A DNA stretch of 64,000 nucleotides. Source: Botryllus schlosseri. Its lineage: Eukaryota. Shown here in pieces: positions 37,014 through 49,145 of this stretch. The translations under genes were made by a program, and so were the position numbers. The notes beneath the pieces are model-generated. The model was not told the origin of the DNA and did no database searches. It saw nothing but the letters and a program-made list of their open reading frames with translations. Position 1 is the first letter of the stretch. Every line of letters begins with the position of its first letter. The stretch spans positions 22,196,001 to 22,260,000 of the forward strand of contig CM119383.1 in NCBI GenBank assembly GCA_051294905.1. The letters run 5' to 3'.

Positions 37014-37583
37014 GCTCTCGTCAAGACCTATATTCAGTAACAATTTCAAGTGGATCGGACCACGTGGAAAAAAGTTATACGAAAATATCGCTTTTGACCA
37101 TGTTCTGGTGGTCCTAGAGACTCGATATTTTCAATTCTGAAAGCTCTCGTCAAGAGCTATCTTCAGTAGAAATTTCAAGTGGATCGGATCACGTGGAGAA
37201 AAGTTATACGAAAATATCGCTTTTGACCATGTTCTGGTGGTCCTAGAGACTCGATATTTTCAATTCTGAAAGCTCTCGTCAAGAGCTATCTTCAGTAAAA
37301 ATTTCAAGTATATCGGACCACGTGGAGGAAGGTTATACGAAAATATCGCTTTTGACCATGTTCGGGTGGTCCTAGAGACTTCATATTTTTAATTCTAAAA
37401 GCTCTAATCAAGAGCTATCTTCAGTAAAAATTTCAAGTGGATCGGACCACGTGGAGAAAAGTTATACGAAAATATCGCTTTTGACCATGTTCTGGTGGTC
37501 CTAGAGACTTGATATTTTCTATTCTGTAAGCTCTAGTCAAGAGCTATCTTCAGTAAAAATTTCAAGCGGATCGGACCACGTGG
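37014..37583. repeat. 129-bp tandem repeat, about 4.4 units
   Basis: GCTCT(CG/A)-initiated units start at 37014, 37143, 37272, 37401 and 37530. Confidence 0.92.
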
Positions 37584-38345
37584 ACATCAAACAGGGCGAC
37601 CCCCTATCGACGTATATCTTTACGATGACAACAGAGTCGCTCTTGCAAAGCCTGAACGATGACATAACAGGATACCAACTAACAGGGCTCAGGAATAAGG
37701 TGGTAACACCATCGTATGCCGATGACATCTCAGTAACCCTTGGGAAAGGAGGAGACTGCAGGAAAGTGATGAGCATTCTAAAAAATTTTGGCAAAGCCAG
37801 TGCCATGCAAATAAACAAAGAAAAAACAAAAGGCATACATTTTGGCGGAGGCAACATCACAAACCAAAACCCTGAAATAAATTGGAAACATGAAATAACA
37901 ATTGTGGGAAACATAATAGGATACCATGAAGCGGCCAACAAAAAACAATGGGAAGAAGGCATAGATAAAGCAGAACAGCTAATCCAGGAAGTTGGGAATA
38001 TGAACCTCCCAAGAAACCAGAGAGTAGAAATCACAAGAATGAACATACTTCCAATGTTCACATACCAAGCAGCGACTTCCCGGTGCCCCAGACCTATCGC
38101 CAAAAAGTTAAGACAAAAAATCAAGTCTTTCATACTAAAAAATGAAAAAACATTGGAATATCAGAAACTCCTCCCAAGAAAGAACCGGGGGGATTAAACC
38201 TGATTGATATTCCGTGGAAAACCGACTTGACATTCATTAAGCCTGGTATCCAGTATATAAAGAACGAACAAAAAACAGAGCCCTCCGAGTGGCAAAAAAG
38301 GTTGGAAAACCAACTTGCCTTCAAATTGAAAAGATTAAAAAAAGA
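37584..38345 (+). mobile_element. Truncated LINE RT fragment (L1/Tx1-like), distinct from the 17-23 kb LINE
   Basis: DIKQGDPLS...SYADD and a downstream GGLNLID motif; begins abruptly inside the last 129-bp unit. Confidence 0.85.
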
Positions 38346-38932
38346 AGCAATCTCCAACCTCACACCGCACACGATACAACCGTAGTAAGTGTTTGTGCTT
38401 GCGAGGTCATGCTACAGTGTTTTGTCTGTGTTGCATGTGCTGTTCTGAGTTGTAAGTGCAAGGTTTGGCAAAACACTGTTTCGTGACATGGGTTTCGTTG
38501 TAGGGAAAGTAGCTGGTATGTGTCACTATGAAAACTTCAAAGTGCATCAACCTGTAACTCAAGTTGATGTTCCGGGAAGTCAACATAGTGTTACAAAACA
38601 TCGTAATATTGGTCGGACATAATCGAATTAAAGATGCGCAAGTTCTTGCGTAATACCGTGGAGTGGCATTGTTTGCTCTGCACATTTTATTCGCGAATCA
38701 TGTGGGTATGGGTGTGGTTGCGCGGTGCGTTTTCTAGCATCGCGTGGCCGTTTTTTCGCTTGTGCGCGGCTTTCATTGAAAACGCGCCAAGGGGGTGGGG
38801 GGTGATACCGCGATTCGTTTGCGCAACATATCGGTTAATAGCCGGTACCTTCTTAGAATCTGGGTGTTTCCTCTTTAATTATTGGTCTAGTACCGTTCTT
38901 CATTTCCTCATCGTCGTTTTCAGAAACAAACG

Positions 38933-39553
38933 ATGGAAATTATTTCTAGCTCTTTTGACGAGTGCATCGACTTTACGATATATATTGGTTCAAGACTTGT
39001 GTCTGCAAAACTTATAATGAAAGAGGGATTCATCGCCCGTGCCATTGTCGACAACGATGTCGTGGCTAAAACGACCCCGCCTGGCCGCCTCACTTTTGTC
39101 GTTATGCCCGAGGATCCATTTTACAGACGTGTTAATCGTTTGCCGTTGGGGGTGGCACCGATGGCGAACGATTTTCATTCGGCACGGAGCAAGAATATCA
39201 CCATTGAAGGAGGGCACGTCTTCGTGACGACCCATTTCAACGGACGCTCAACAATCGCTGGCATTATGATCCAGCGCAATTACAAAGCAAAAATGCTCCT
39301 ATTTTATGACCAGAAGATGGCGATTGACCGCTCGGGATTGGTATGCTCTGTGACTTTGGTCGTCGATCGCTCGGAGAATGCCGACGTTGTAAGACCGATT
39401 GTCCGCGGCGGTCGACGACCAGTATTCCTGCAGGTCAACCACGGACCACAGGCGTTACCGGCAGCGCCATCTGCCCCAGTCATACGCACCCTGGTCGGCG
39501 CGGCGGCAAGGCCGCGGCGCTCCATCCGTGCCCCGGCCCGCATGGACCTTTGA
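38933..39553 (+). CDS. Unknown protein, family A paralog 3 (206 aa)
   Basis: Colinear with A1 and A2; ends RPRRSIRAPARMDL; acceptor-like TCGTTTTCAG at 38923. Confidence 0.85.
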   Translation: MEIISSSFDECIDFTIYIGSRLVSAKLIMKEGFIARAIVDNDVVAKTTPPGRLTFVVMPEDPFYRRVNRLPLGVAPMANDFHSARSKNITIEGGHVFVTTHFNGRSTIAGIMIQRNYKAKMLLFYDQKMAIDRSGLVCSVTLVVDRSENADVVRPIVRGGRRPVFLQVNHGPQALPAAPSAPVIRTLVGAAARPRRSIRAPARMDL

Positions 39554-40225
39554 TTTTATCTGCAGTTTTTCGTTTATCTCTATAACAGTTTCGTTTTAAC
39601 CGTCCTTTTGAAGTTTTGTCATGTCGCTTATTTTATGATTTTTCCGCTACTTTTAGTATTAGTAACTTAAGTTAATTGAATTGTGTTTTGGCCACCTTTG
39701 CTACTATCGTGTTTTATTGCTGAGTGTGTCGTTCTTATTTTTTGTTGGCCACTTGTGTCTAGTATTCATATTTTTTTTATTGACAGTAAATTTTTATCTC
39801 CGCTTTTATCGTATTTTTATCAATTGCAATATTTCTTTTTTAGATCGTAATATCATATCCGTAGTGTAAATGTCTTCTGAAACACTAGTTAGCTACTGAT
39901 ATGCGCGTTGGATACAATTGGACGGAAAGAGCTCGGTGTCAGTGTGTCGGAACAGTTTAACGGTGTCAAGCATGGGGTGGATTGAGGACGACTATGCGTT
40001 AGACAAGTACTGTGTAACAGTACGTACAATTCAGTACGCATGGCGTTGTTCGATCACGTCGTGCGTTCTGGATGTATATTTACTGTTTCATACTATCACA
40101 ATGGTAATATAAAATAATTTTATCGCTTATATCGCTTTTATCTCTTGCTTAAACTGTGCATTGTTGAATCGTGCTTTCAATTGCTACTTGTATTTGTTTA
40201 CAGATACTAGAGCTATATCATTATA

Positions 40226-40643
40226 ATGACTAAATCGAACCCTAAGGCCGGCGAAGGCTACTTCGAGCAGACTGTATTTCGTATTGACGACTTGCAACAT
40301 CCTGAGATAGTTCAATCGGAAACGAAGATTTTACCGATTTCTGCTCATTCTGAACCTGAACCCGAACCGGTCCCTGATCCCGAGAATCCAAATGCTTATC
40401 TCTTGGTACCAGCCGACTTGAACCGCGAAGGTCGTAAAACGCTGATAAGTGCTGAGCAATATCTTGCTTGGTATCAAGGAAAGATTTCCTGGTCAACAGG
40501 AGAAGGTCCAGGATGGAGGTGGGTCGGCACAAGACAGTCCGAAGGATGGCGAAACAGGAAACCTCTTCGAGTTGGTCAAACTGGCGCCGCAGAAAAACAA
40601 AGATGGCGAAGTCCCGAACTCAACGGCGTCTGCTGAACAGTGA
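40226..40643 (+). pseudogene. Family B copy 2, +1 frameshift near 40478
   Basis: Matches B1 to YLAWY, then B1 homology (ERFPGQQEKV...STASAEQ) continues in the frame of ORF 40449-40643. Confidence 0.7.
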
Positions 40644-40978
40644 TTGAGACCAAACAAAACTTGCAAATGTTTTTCGTCGGCATGAACTCAAACGTTACTT
40701 GTGCTTCTGTTTCTTCGAATTCTTGTCGTTCGATACGCATTTGTCTTAGATGTCGCTGTATTTCTGGCGTTTTAAAAATTAGTAAGGTATATCTTGAATT
40801 ATACTATATTTCATGAAGTTGTCGTGATATTTCTTAATTTGCGTTTACGTTAACATACTCCACAATTGCTACGTAACCTAGATGTATCAAATCTCATCAC
40901 TTGTTATTTCGATGTCGTTGGTTTGGAAATGTTTAACAGTAAATATTTTATTTCCTAGAACAGTACAGAAACTTAAAA

Positions 40979-42232
40979 ATGTCTCATAGAACTCCGACTA
41001 AAAGCCCTTTCGGAAAGGAGAGGAGGAATAATCCTGATTTCTCCGTCGATTGGTATCAGCATTTTCCGAAAGATTACCTGAGGCCTTACGGCCGGTCTGT
41101 CATTCCGGAGGACGTATCCGACGAATCTATCAACAGTAAATTGCAGACTTTTAGCTGCGAATGGTTAACAAGGCCGGCAGTTGCAGTGTCCGAGTTTGCC
41201 GAAACGCTACTTCGAAATCGCAACACGAAGCCTGCAATCGAGGATATCATGGATCCGAGAGCTTTTCAACACTTCCACGCTCATCTCAATTCCGTCATCA
41301 ACGAGGTGCGTCCTCTGTGGATAAGCCCAGCGAACCCGGCTGGCGAGGCGACTCTTACTAAAGAAGACGTGTCGGCAAGGTTTGAACGTCTCGAAAGTTT
41401 GATGATGCAGCAAAAGTCGTCGTTCCTGGATCGATATATTGATATCATGGCCGATTGCGGACATGCCATTTATGTGACCGCGCTTCATCTCAAAATGATG
41501 TCGTTCTTGATGCGGAACAAAGACGCATGGGCCCTTAAATTTAGATCCCATCCCGATCACGAGGACTTTAAAAAGAATCCGAGCGCTCGGTCTTACGCTG
41601 AAATAGTCTTTACTGGATATATGATCAAAAAAGGTTTCAATGCAGCGCCCATCGAGACACCGGCGAGAAGAACCATTTCTGATTTCATGCTGGACGAACC
41701 GTCTGTGCCCGTGGGTTTGTCGCAATCACTTCCTACGCAAGCTACTGTTTCTGCCTCTGCTCCGGTTCCGTTTTCAGGACCTCCGCCATCTTCCGTTTAT
41801 GTTCCCGTTTTTGTTAATTATCCGGCACCTTTTAATCCACCTCCACCTTCCGTACCAGTTCGCATTGCAGTTTCGGGAATGGTTACTGCGCCTTCCCTTG
41901 TTTCTGCGCAAGTCCTAACAGGTTCTCGAATGGCTGCAGGTGCGGCAGCGGTTTCTGGTCAAGAAATTCGAAGTCCGGCAGTGGTTTCAGCGGATCCTCT
42001 ACGATTGGCGCATGCTCGTCCGATGATTCGAGTTCCGGTTACGTTCCAATCGGATACCGCAGCAGTTAGAAATGTTGCTGGAGCGGCGGTTGAGGACGAA
42101 AATGTTCCATGCTCTAGTGGCAGCGTTCAAAGTCAGCGTGCGTCTGCCGCTGTGAACAAGGAGAAACGAAGCAATACTGACAAGGCGGGAAAACCAAAGA
42201 AGAAAAAAAAGAAACGTGTAACTCAAGAATGA
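40979..42232 (+). CDS. Family C paralog C1, copy 2 (417 aa, intact)
   Basis: Conserved N-terminal domain, Pro/Val/Ala-rich tail, KAGKPKKKKKK C-terminus. Confidence 0.9.
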   Translation: MSHRTPTKSPFGKERRNNPDFSVDWYQHFPKDYLRPYGRSVIPEDVSDESINSKLQTFSCEWLTRPAVAVSEFAETLLRNRNTKPAIEDIMDPRAFQHFHAHLNSVINEVRPLWISPANPAGEATLTKEDVSARFERLESLMMQQKSSFLDRYIDIMADCGHAIYVTALHLKMMSFLMRNKDAWALKFRSHPDHEDFKKNPSARSYAEIVFTGYMIKKGFNAAPIETPARRTISDFMLDEPSVPVGLSQSLPTQATVSASAPVPFSGPPPSSVYVPVFVNYPAPFNPPPPSVPVRIAVSGMVTAPSLVSAQVLTGSRMAAGAAAVSGQEIRSPAVVSADPLRLAHARPMIRVPVTFQSDTAAVRNVAGAAVEDENVPCSSGSVQSQRASAAVNKEKRSNTDKAGKPKKKKKKRVTQE

Positions 42233-42381
42233 ACTGACGTGTTTCATATCTCGTTGTGTTTTTGTGATTTGTCAAACTTTAACTTTCATTTTCTTGTCCG
42301 TTTGTGATGCTTTCGTAAATTTCGTTCGTTTCTTGTTACAGATTATTAATCGTAGAACTTTCACTCTAACTGAAATACGAT

Positions 42382-43077
42382 ATGAGCAAGCAATCGAAGA
42401 CATCGTCAAGCCGTCTGCTGTTGTCTCCAGATGAAGTTTCACATGCGAATAGGATCGTTGCCGACCTGCGCAAGATATTTCCTGACATGCGTCTGGACCA
42501 TTACTTATTGCGATTCAATTGTCGTCCCACCAATGTTCACCATCAATTGCTCATGTTGGCTCTATACCGAGAGATGACCCGCCATCAGGTATTCGTTACC
42601 ATGATTACTGAATCGTTACGACCCGCGGTAATATTGCCGCAGGATGCGTTGCGTGCCAGCCGTAGTACTCAAACGTTAACGGCGTCACTACCGACTGATC
42701 TGAATGCTTTTCTGCATCGATCCGCTTCTCCGGAGCTTCCAGTATCTTCGCACCTTTCTGTACAAGTGCAGACGTCTCCTAAAGCGGAACGACGTTCGTC
42801 ATCTAATGACCTGCTCAAGGCTGAAGAGCACGATGATGTACCAACGGTTTCAGTTATGCCACGGAAACGTGTTAAAGTCGAGAGAAGTTGTCAAACGGAA
42901 AGTGATATCAGTGGGATGTCCCCGTGTGCATCGAGCGAATCGAGCGAGTCGGACGAACCGTCTCTGCCGTGTGCAATTGACGATTCCAGCAGTAAGTCAG
43001 CGGCTGTATGCGAACACCAGAAGCGGACCGCCATTAATGCAGCAGGAAATCAAAAGAAAAAAAGAAAAAGTCTGTGA
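42382..43077 (+). CDS. Family D copy 2 (231 aa)
   Basis: Near-identical to 5121-5840; 9-bp in-frame deletion and altered A-run at the C-terminus. Confidence 0.8.
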   Translation: MSKQSKTSSSRLLLSPDEVSHANRIVADLRKIFPDMRLDHYLLRFNCRPTNVHHQLLMLALYREMTRHQVFVTMITESLRPAVILPQDALRASRSTQTLTASLPTDLNAFLHRSASPELPVSSHLSVQVQTSPKAERRSSSNDLLKAEEHDDVPTVSVMPRKRVKVERSCQTESDISGMSPCASSESSESDEPSLPCAIDDSSSKSAAVCEHQKRTAINAAGNQKKKRKSL

Positions 43078-43413
43078 CCTGTTACATGTAACATTTTAAA
43101 GTTGCGATGCGTTGCTCGTCGATAATGTCATCTCTAACTTTCGTCCATGTTCATTATCGTGTGTTACGTTCGTTATTTCGATCGGTTGCTTGCCGCTTTT
43201 TGCTTTTTAATGTATCTTCGCTATGCTTTAGCTGATTTCATTTCTCTGTTGTCGCATCGATTTATGTGTGTCATATGACCGGCAACGTTCGTTACTTCAT
43301 GTGTTCGTTCAGTGCAGATTGATAACTGTAAATACTCGTGTGTTTTGCGAGTACTAACAGTTTCACGCTATTCTTTATTTTCTAGATAATACAATAACAT
43401 TCTGATAGCTAAA

Positions 43414-44643
43414 ATGTCGTATAGAACTCCGACGAAGAGCCCTTTCGGAAAGGAAAGGAGGAAGAATCCTGATTTCTCTGTCGATTGGTATCAGCATTTC
43501 CCGAAAGATTACCTGAGGTCTTACGGTCGGTCTGTGATTCCGGAAGACGTATCCGACGAGTCTATCAACAGTAAATTGCAGACCTTTAGCTGCGAATGGT
43601 TAACAAGGCCGGCAGTTGCAGTGTCCGAGTTTGCGGAAACTATACTTCGAAATCGCAACAGCACGCCTGCCTTCGAGGATATCATGGATCCGAGAGCATT
43701 CCAACAGTTTCACGCGCATCTGAATTCCGTCGTCAACGAGGTCGGTCCTCTGTGGATAAGCCCAGCGAACCCGGCTAGCGAGGCGACTCTTACTAAAGAA
43801 GACGTGTCGGCGAGGTTCGAACGCCTTGAAAGTCTGATGATCCAGCAAAAGTCGTCGTTCCTGGATCGATATATCGATGTCATGATCGATTGCGGACACG
43901 CCATGTATGTGAGTGCGCTTCATCTCAAAATCATGTCCTTTTTGATGCGGAACAAAGACGCATGGGCCCTCAAATTTAGATCCCATCCCGATCACGAGGA
44001 GTTTAAAAAGAACCCGACCCCTCGCACTTACGCTGAAATTGTCTTTACTGGTTACATGATCAAGAAAGGCTTTAATGCAGCGCCGATCGAGACCCCGGCT
44101 AGAAGACGCATTTCCGATTTCATGCTCGACGGTCCATCATCCTCGTTTGTGGCGGCGGGAGTCGTTCCAGATGTTCGATCTCCTGTTTCGGGTCAAGTTC
44201 CGCCAGGTCCGGTTTCGTCTCAAAGACAGGCACCAGTTCGTCTACAAGAGCATCGTGTCGCTTATCCTGTCGTGCAGATACCTGTTCCCGTTCAGGTCAC
44301 GCATCATTCACAATCCCCTCTTTCTTCCGTACAGTTGCCATCGGTTCCGGTTACTTGTCCTGTACAGAATGCTGCTCAAATGGTTCCGACACTCCTTCGA
44401 TCAGATACCGAGCCGTATGTACCTGCTAGTGAAACCGTCAGGGAAGCTGCTCCTTTGTCGACTAATCAATCGGTGTCGTCAACATCTGTTCCAAGTGCTG
44501 CATCTGATGAGGAGAACGTACCATGTTCCAGTGGTAAAGTGCAAAGAAAGTCCGCATGTGTCGGCGAATCCAAGAAGCGAAGCAAAGTTGACAAGGCGGG
44601 AAAGCCAAAGAAGAAGAAGAAGAAACATATCATTCTGGACTGA
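43414..44643 (+). CDS. Family C paralog C2, copy 2 (409 aa)
   Basis: Near-identical to 6163-7392. Confidence 0.9.
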   Translation: MSYRTPTKSPFGKERRKNPDFSVDWYQHFPKDYLRSYGRSVIPEDVSDESINSKLQTFSCEWLTRPAVAVSEFAETILRNRNSTPAFEDIMDPRAFQQFHAHLNSVVNEVGPLWISPANPASEATLTKEDVSARFERLESLMIQQKSSFLDRYIDVMIDCGHAMYVSALHLKIMSFLMRNKDAWALKFRSHPDHEEFKKNPTPRTYAEIVFTGYMIKKGFNAAPIETPARRRISDFMLDGPSSSFVAAGVVPDVRSPVSGQVPPGPVSSQRQAPVRLQEHRVAYPVVQIPVPVQVTHHSQSPLSSVQLPSVPVTCPVQNAAQMVPTLLRSDTEPYVPASETVREAAPLSTNQSVSSTSVPSAASDEENVPCSSGKVQRKSACVGESKKRSKVDKAGKPKKKKKKHIILD

Positions 44644-44968
44644 TATCGTATGCATATCGTATTCTTGCATTTCTGGACTCAGTTTCGAGCCGTAAATTTC
44701 CTTACCTTTCATACTCATGTCGTGTGTTACGTTTAGTAATTCTTTTGCGATTATTACTGAAATGCTTCGTTGAACGCCTGTTACTTTTTCGTTGTAGTAT
44801 TCGATTTAAGCAGCTTTTCCTTCATAACGTATTTTGTCTTAATGTAAATATTGCTTCAATTCGTTTTGTTCTTTTTCCAGTTGCTAGTTACAGTTACCTA
44901 ATGTTACAAGTCATGTGATCTAGTTGAAGGTTCACACCGAACACCACATCATATAGAGACATATCATA

Positions 44969-47900
44969 ATGTCTGGCAACACAATTATAATCGATCCGGA
45001 GGTAAGTTTCCATTTCTTTACCGTTTCTTTTGACAATGCAATGTTCGTGTCGTACAGGCCTCGTCTAGGCGTGATGCAGAAGTGGCTCGTTCCGCCGAGA
45101 GAATGGAGCGGTCTCGTATCTTAGCTCGTGCTTATTTCGGAGGCACGTTGCTACCGGAACCCGATCAATCGTCTCCTGCAATGACATCCGCCGATAAAAT
45201 ACGTCGTTGGATCATCAGACATAGTTGGAAGGAGTGCGACGTGTGCGGTTCCGTTCTCCCTTGCATCATGACACCCGGAATCATGACCGGACGCGTGCCG
45301 CCAGCACCGAGATGTCCTTGTCGTCGTTCTGGCTATCGTATCCCCAGGTTATCGGATTGGCCAGACGTTTTACGTGGTCTAACGCGTGCCGATCACGACG
45401 TTTTGGCATTATATCGTCTGTTTTACGGTTCCTCGCCTCGTCAACAACACGGATATCGAGAGAAGAACGGTCCTGTGAGAGCTTGTGTCGTTTCCGAATC
45501 TGTACAAGACAGGTTGGAGGCAATCGAAGATCCTGTCGTACGAGATCGCGTGGACGCGGCTTATCGCTACCTCTTGCAATGCCCAGACAGCGCGTACGGG
45601 TTAATGGATTCTCATCATCGCGACGGAATTCTGCCGTCGCGTCTCTCGGTTGGACGGCTATGTCGGGTACCGCAATTATAGAGTCGTCAGAACATGCTGC
45701 CAATAGAAGTCAGTCATACTTTTTTCAGTTTCATTATGTGGAGACCGCTCTGTGGCCGCTCCTCTATCCTTTCAAGTGGCAATGCGAGTCTGTTGTCGAA
45801 GACGAAGGAGTTCGAAAGAGCGCCAAGCGAATGTACTGCCTTAAACTTACGTGTTCCGTTTTCGATTACTGCGGGATGTTTTCCTTGCTGAGGTATCAAT
45901 ACGACAGGTGCGTAGGGACTTTTTTCCTCGTATTACACATCGATATGTTTCTATATGTTGCCAGGTGGATCTACAAAACGGTGACGGGCGCCTTAAACGC
46001 TGCCGGTACCTTTCATTGCTCGCCTGCACGCGCGCTAGACAGTAAGACGTTCAGTCCCACGTACTGGGAATGGCAACTAAGTTATGTTTTGGACGCTGTC
46101 AAACAATATGGAATGCCGGATATCTTTATCACCATTTCGCCGTACGAATGGCAATTTCCGGACAACGAAATACTTCTCGAGCGTTTTGTCACTCTCGGAC
46201 GTGGCCCGACTGGTCTCGCAGCTATCGAATCTTTGCATCAAGCGCATGTTCTCGAAGAAATCCTTCGCAAGTATGTTTCTGGAAAACAAAAGCACCATTG
46301 GACCAGACACTTACTGCGCAACAGCCGTACCGGTGCTAACAATGTTCACACGTACTTCTATAGGCAAGTATCGTTTTTCCTAACACTTTACGCCGTCATG
46401 TATATTCATGTGCTTTTTTACGACAGATTCGAATTTCAAAAGCGTGGAACACTGCACGCGCATTATATTGCCTGGTTGGAGGACGTTTCTTCTCTAAATA
46501 TAGCGGATCTATCTGCGGATCTGCCGCAAGAAGACAACGATTTGGCGGCGTTGGTGTACACTGTGCAAAAAAGCAATAAACGAGTTGCTGGCATTCAAGT
46601 TCACGACGGCCCATCGCAAGTAGAAACCGTTTCTGACGTTCCTACCCTTGTGTTACAAAGATCTCAGGCCGCGCACCGACTGAACTTGCGCGTGTACTAT
46701 GAAACTCTGTTACGTACGTTGCGGTGTGCCATGGATGTCCAGCTCAGCGACGGCAATAACATGCTAATGAAGTACGTCGCTGGCTATGTTTCGAAATTTC
46801 GAGAAACATCGGTTCCGCGAGACGTTCTCTTCAGCGATTTGGAGCCTAACACTATCGCCTATCGATATCTCAATCAACTATGTCCTGACGAGCCCGAAAT
46901 GATACTGACTCTGGCCGACGTCAAAATGGCCTATACCTGTTCGGATACTAAAAGGTATCTGGTACCGACGTTCGAACGTGCCCGTGAGGATAAGGTCGTT
47001 AAGGCATATATGTCTCGTGCGTTATTCGATGAAAACTTGACGATGTGTGAATACCTACACCGGTACACGATTACTGGTGACCGTGGTCAACGACGCAGGT
47101 CGCAAAAAGACCTTCTGGTTGGATTCAAATTCCTCGACATGTTCACCGATGGCTATTTCTTTCAAGACGCAATATTAAACACTCCCTTCAGGAACTTGGA
47201 CCACTTGGAATTCAATGACTTTCAACGTTTGCCTCAAGACATTCGTTTGTTCTCGTTTGCTGTTCACAACAGAGCATCGTTCTGGCAAGACGAAGACGCA
47301 GTGAAACGCCTTTGTAATGAACGTGGATGCAAGAAATATTACAGGGTTACATTTTGCGCTTATCTGGACAGTCTCTTTGCCGTTTGGCGGCGGTATTTCC
47401 ATATGGAAATTTCTCATTCTGCTCTCGACAATCAAGATTACAGAGACCAACCGAGTACGCCTTTGTCGCCACATCAGGCCGCGTTCGTCAACACGGTAGT
47501 GGAAAGATTGAGATGCTTCTCCGAGAGGGATGACGGAGCCGTCGAAAACCAAGACGAAGAAGACGGATTCGATGCACCCTATTTTCTACTCTGCGGTGAG
47601 CACGGAACAGGTAAATCGTATTGCTTGTCGGAGATCATAAAACGGGCCGTCCGATTGGCTTCCAACATCCTCGTGGTTACGCCTACCGGTTTGTTAGCTA
47701 CAACGTACAAAGCCTTGTTCGGAGACGACATAACGGCATCGTTTCGTTTGGCTTCAGGCGTGGAAGGTCATCGTGCAAACGTAAACTGGAATATACGTCA
47801 CTTCGATCTTATTCTGATGGACGAGATCTCGATGGTTTCCATAGTCCATGGAGATCACATTTCATCGACACTCGCGTCTTTAAGTCAACATTGCGTCGTC

Positions 47901-48692
47901 GTACTTTGTGGCGATCAATACCAACTTCAGCCGGTACCTGTCGACGGTTATGTCGGCAGCCTTTTCGATCACCGACAATTGATGGGACGTTGCAATAAAA
48001 CTCGTTTGCGCAGTCAATTTCGTACGAGAGATGACGAACTGTCGGACTTTCTGCGAATTTGTCGCTTGAGAACGCCGTCTACGTTGGAAATACGTCAATT
48101 CGCATCCGGGATCGTTCTTTTAGACGACGATTTTCCATCTGATGAAGACTTGATTCATGTGCATGATCAATACCCGGAACATGTTGTTCTTTCATTTACC
48201 CGTCATTCGGCCAGGCGGTTCAATGAAGTCGTTCGCAATCATGTTTACAAGGGTCTTTTTCCTGTCAAAATGTGTCGTTATCCAACTGCTGACAGTCAGC
48301 TACGACCTGTTTATGAAGGCATGCCGATCATGTTGACGGAGAATCGAAACAAGAAGCGGTCATTCGTCAACGGTCAAATTGGTCGGATACACAGTGTCAT
48401 CGCAAATACGATATTGGTAGAACTGCCCGATGATAGACTGATACGCGTGTATCCAATAACAAAGCCCGAAGGTGTTTATTTTCCTTTCATGTTGCGGTAC
48501 GCCGGTACCATTCACAAGGCACAAGGTCAGACATTGTCGTCCGCGATCCTCTGGTTTGATTCTAGCAACCTGAGCCCCGGTTGCGCGTATGTAGCCATGT
48601 CTCGTGTCAGATGCAAGGACGATCTTCGTTTCTTGACTACGCCGACGATACGTCACTTTAAACCCGCGTGTCAAACTGACGACACGCGTTGA
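44969..48692 (+). CDS. Helitron-like RepHel: HUH (Y2) endonuclease fused to PIF1-like SF1B helicase; predicted exons 44969-45001, 45058-45666, 45729-45907, 45965-46363, 46427-48692 (about 1161 aa)
   Basis: Rep motifs PDIFITISPYEW, EFQKRGTLHAH, YVAGYVSK; helicase motifs GEHGTGKS, DEISMV, GDQYQLQPV, TIHKAQGQTL, YVAMSRV; N-terminal CxxC...CxC. The splice model gives an uninterrupted 3486-nt frame. Intron 2 has a weak donor. Confidence 0.9.
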
Positions 48693-49145
48693 CGACACTG
48701 TTGTTACCTTGTATTTTAATGATCCGTTTATGTCACTTAAATCCTGGTTTGGCGATGTGGCCGGCAGGATATCCATCTTGTATATTCTTTGGCTGTCATA
48801 TCTTGTTGCATGTTTCTTGTATATGTGTCCAGTGGCTGCTTGCTCCAGTGCCTTTATCGACCTTTAATTTTTACTTAAATTCCTCCCGTATTTGCTCCTG
48901 TACTCTCTTTATGATGTTTGTGTTGTTGCCGTTGGATTACTTGTAATGTTACCTATCTCCTTTCTTCCAAAACATGTGGTAATCTGTTTTATCTTTCGTT
49001 TCATGTTATCAGTTGAACTTGCGTACCATGCGATGCCGCCTTCAATTTTCGATTATGTCGTTTGTATGGAGTGACTTATTTGCAGTATCACAATCCCTAT
49101 AATCATTTACCATTTTATTTGCAGATACTCGTACTTAACATTAGA

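Noticed and set aside
45225-45728. First ~165 aa of the 1155-aa ORF as the RepHel N-terminus
   Set aside because: Off-frame overlap. The frame of ORF 45082-45681 carries the Cys motif, joins exon 1 in phase and splices in phase to 45729.
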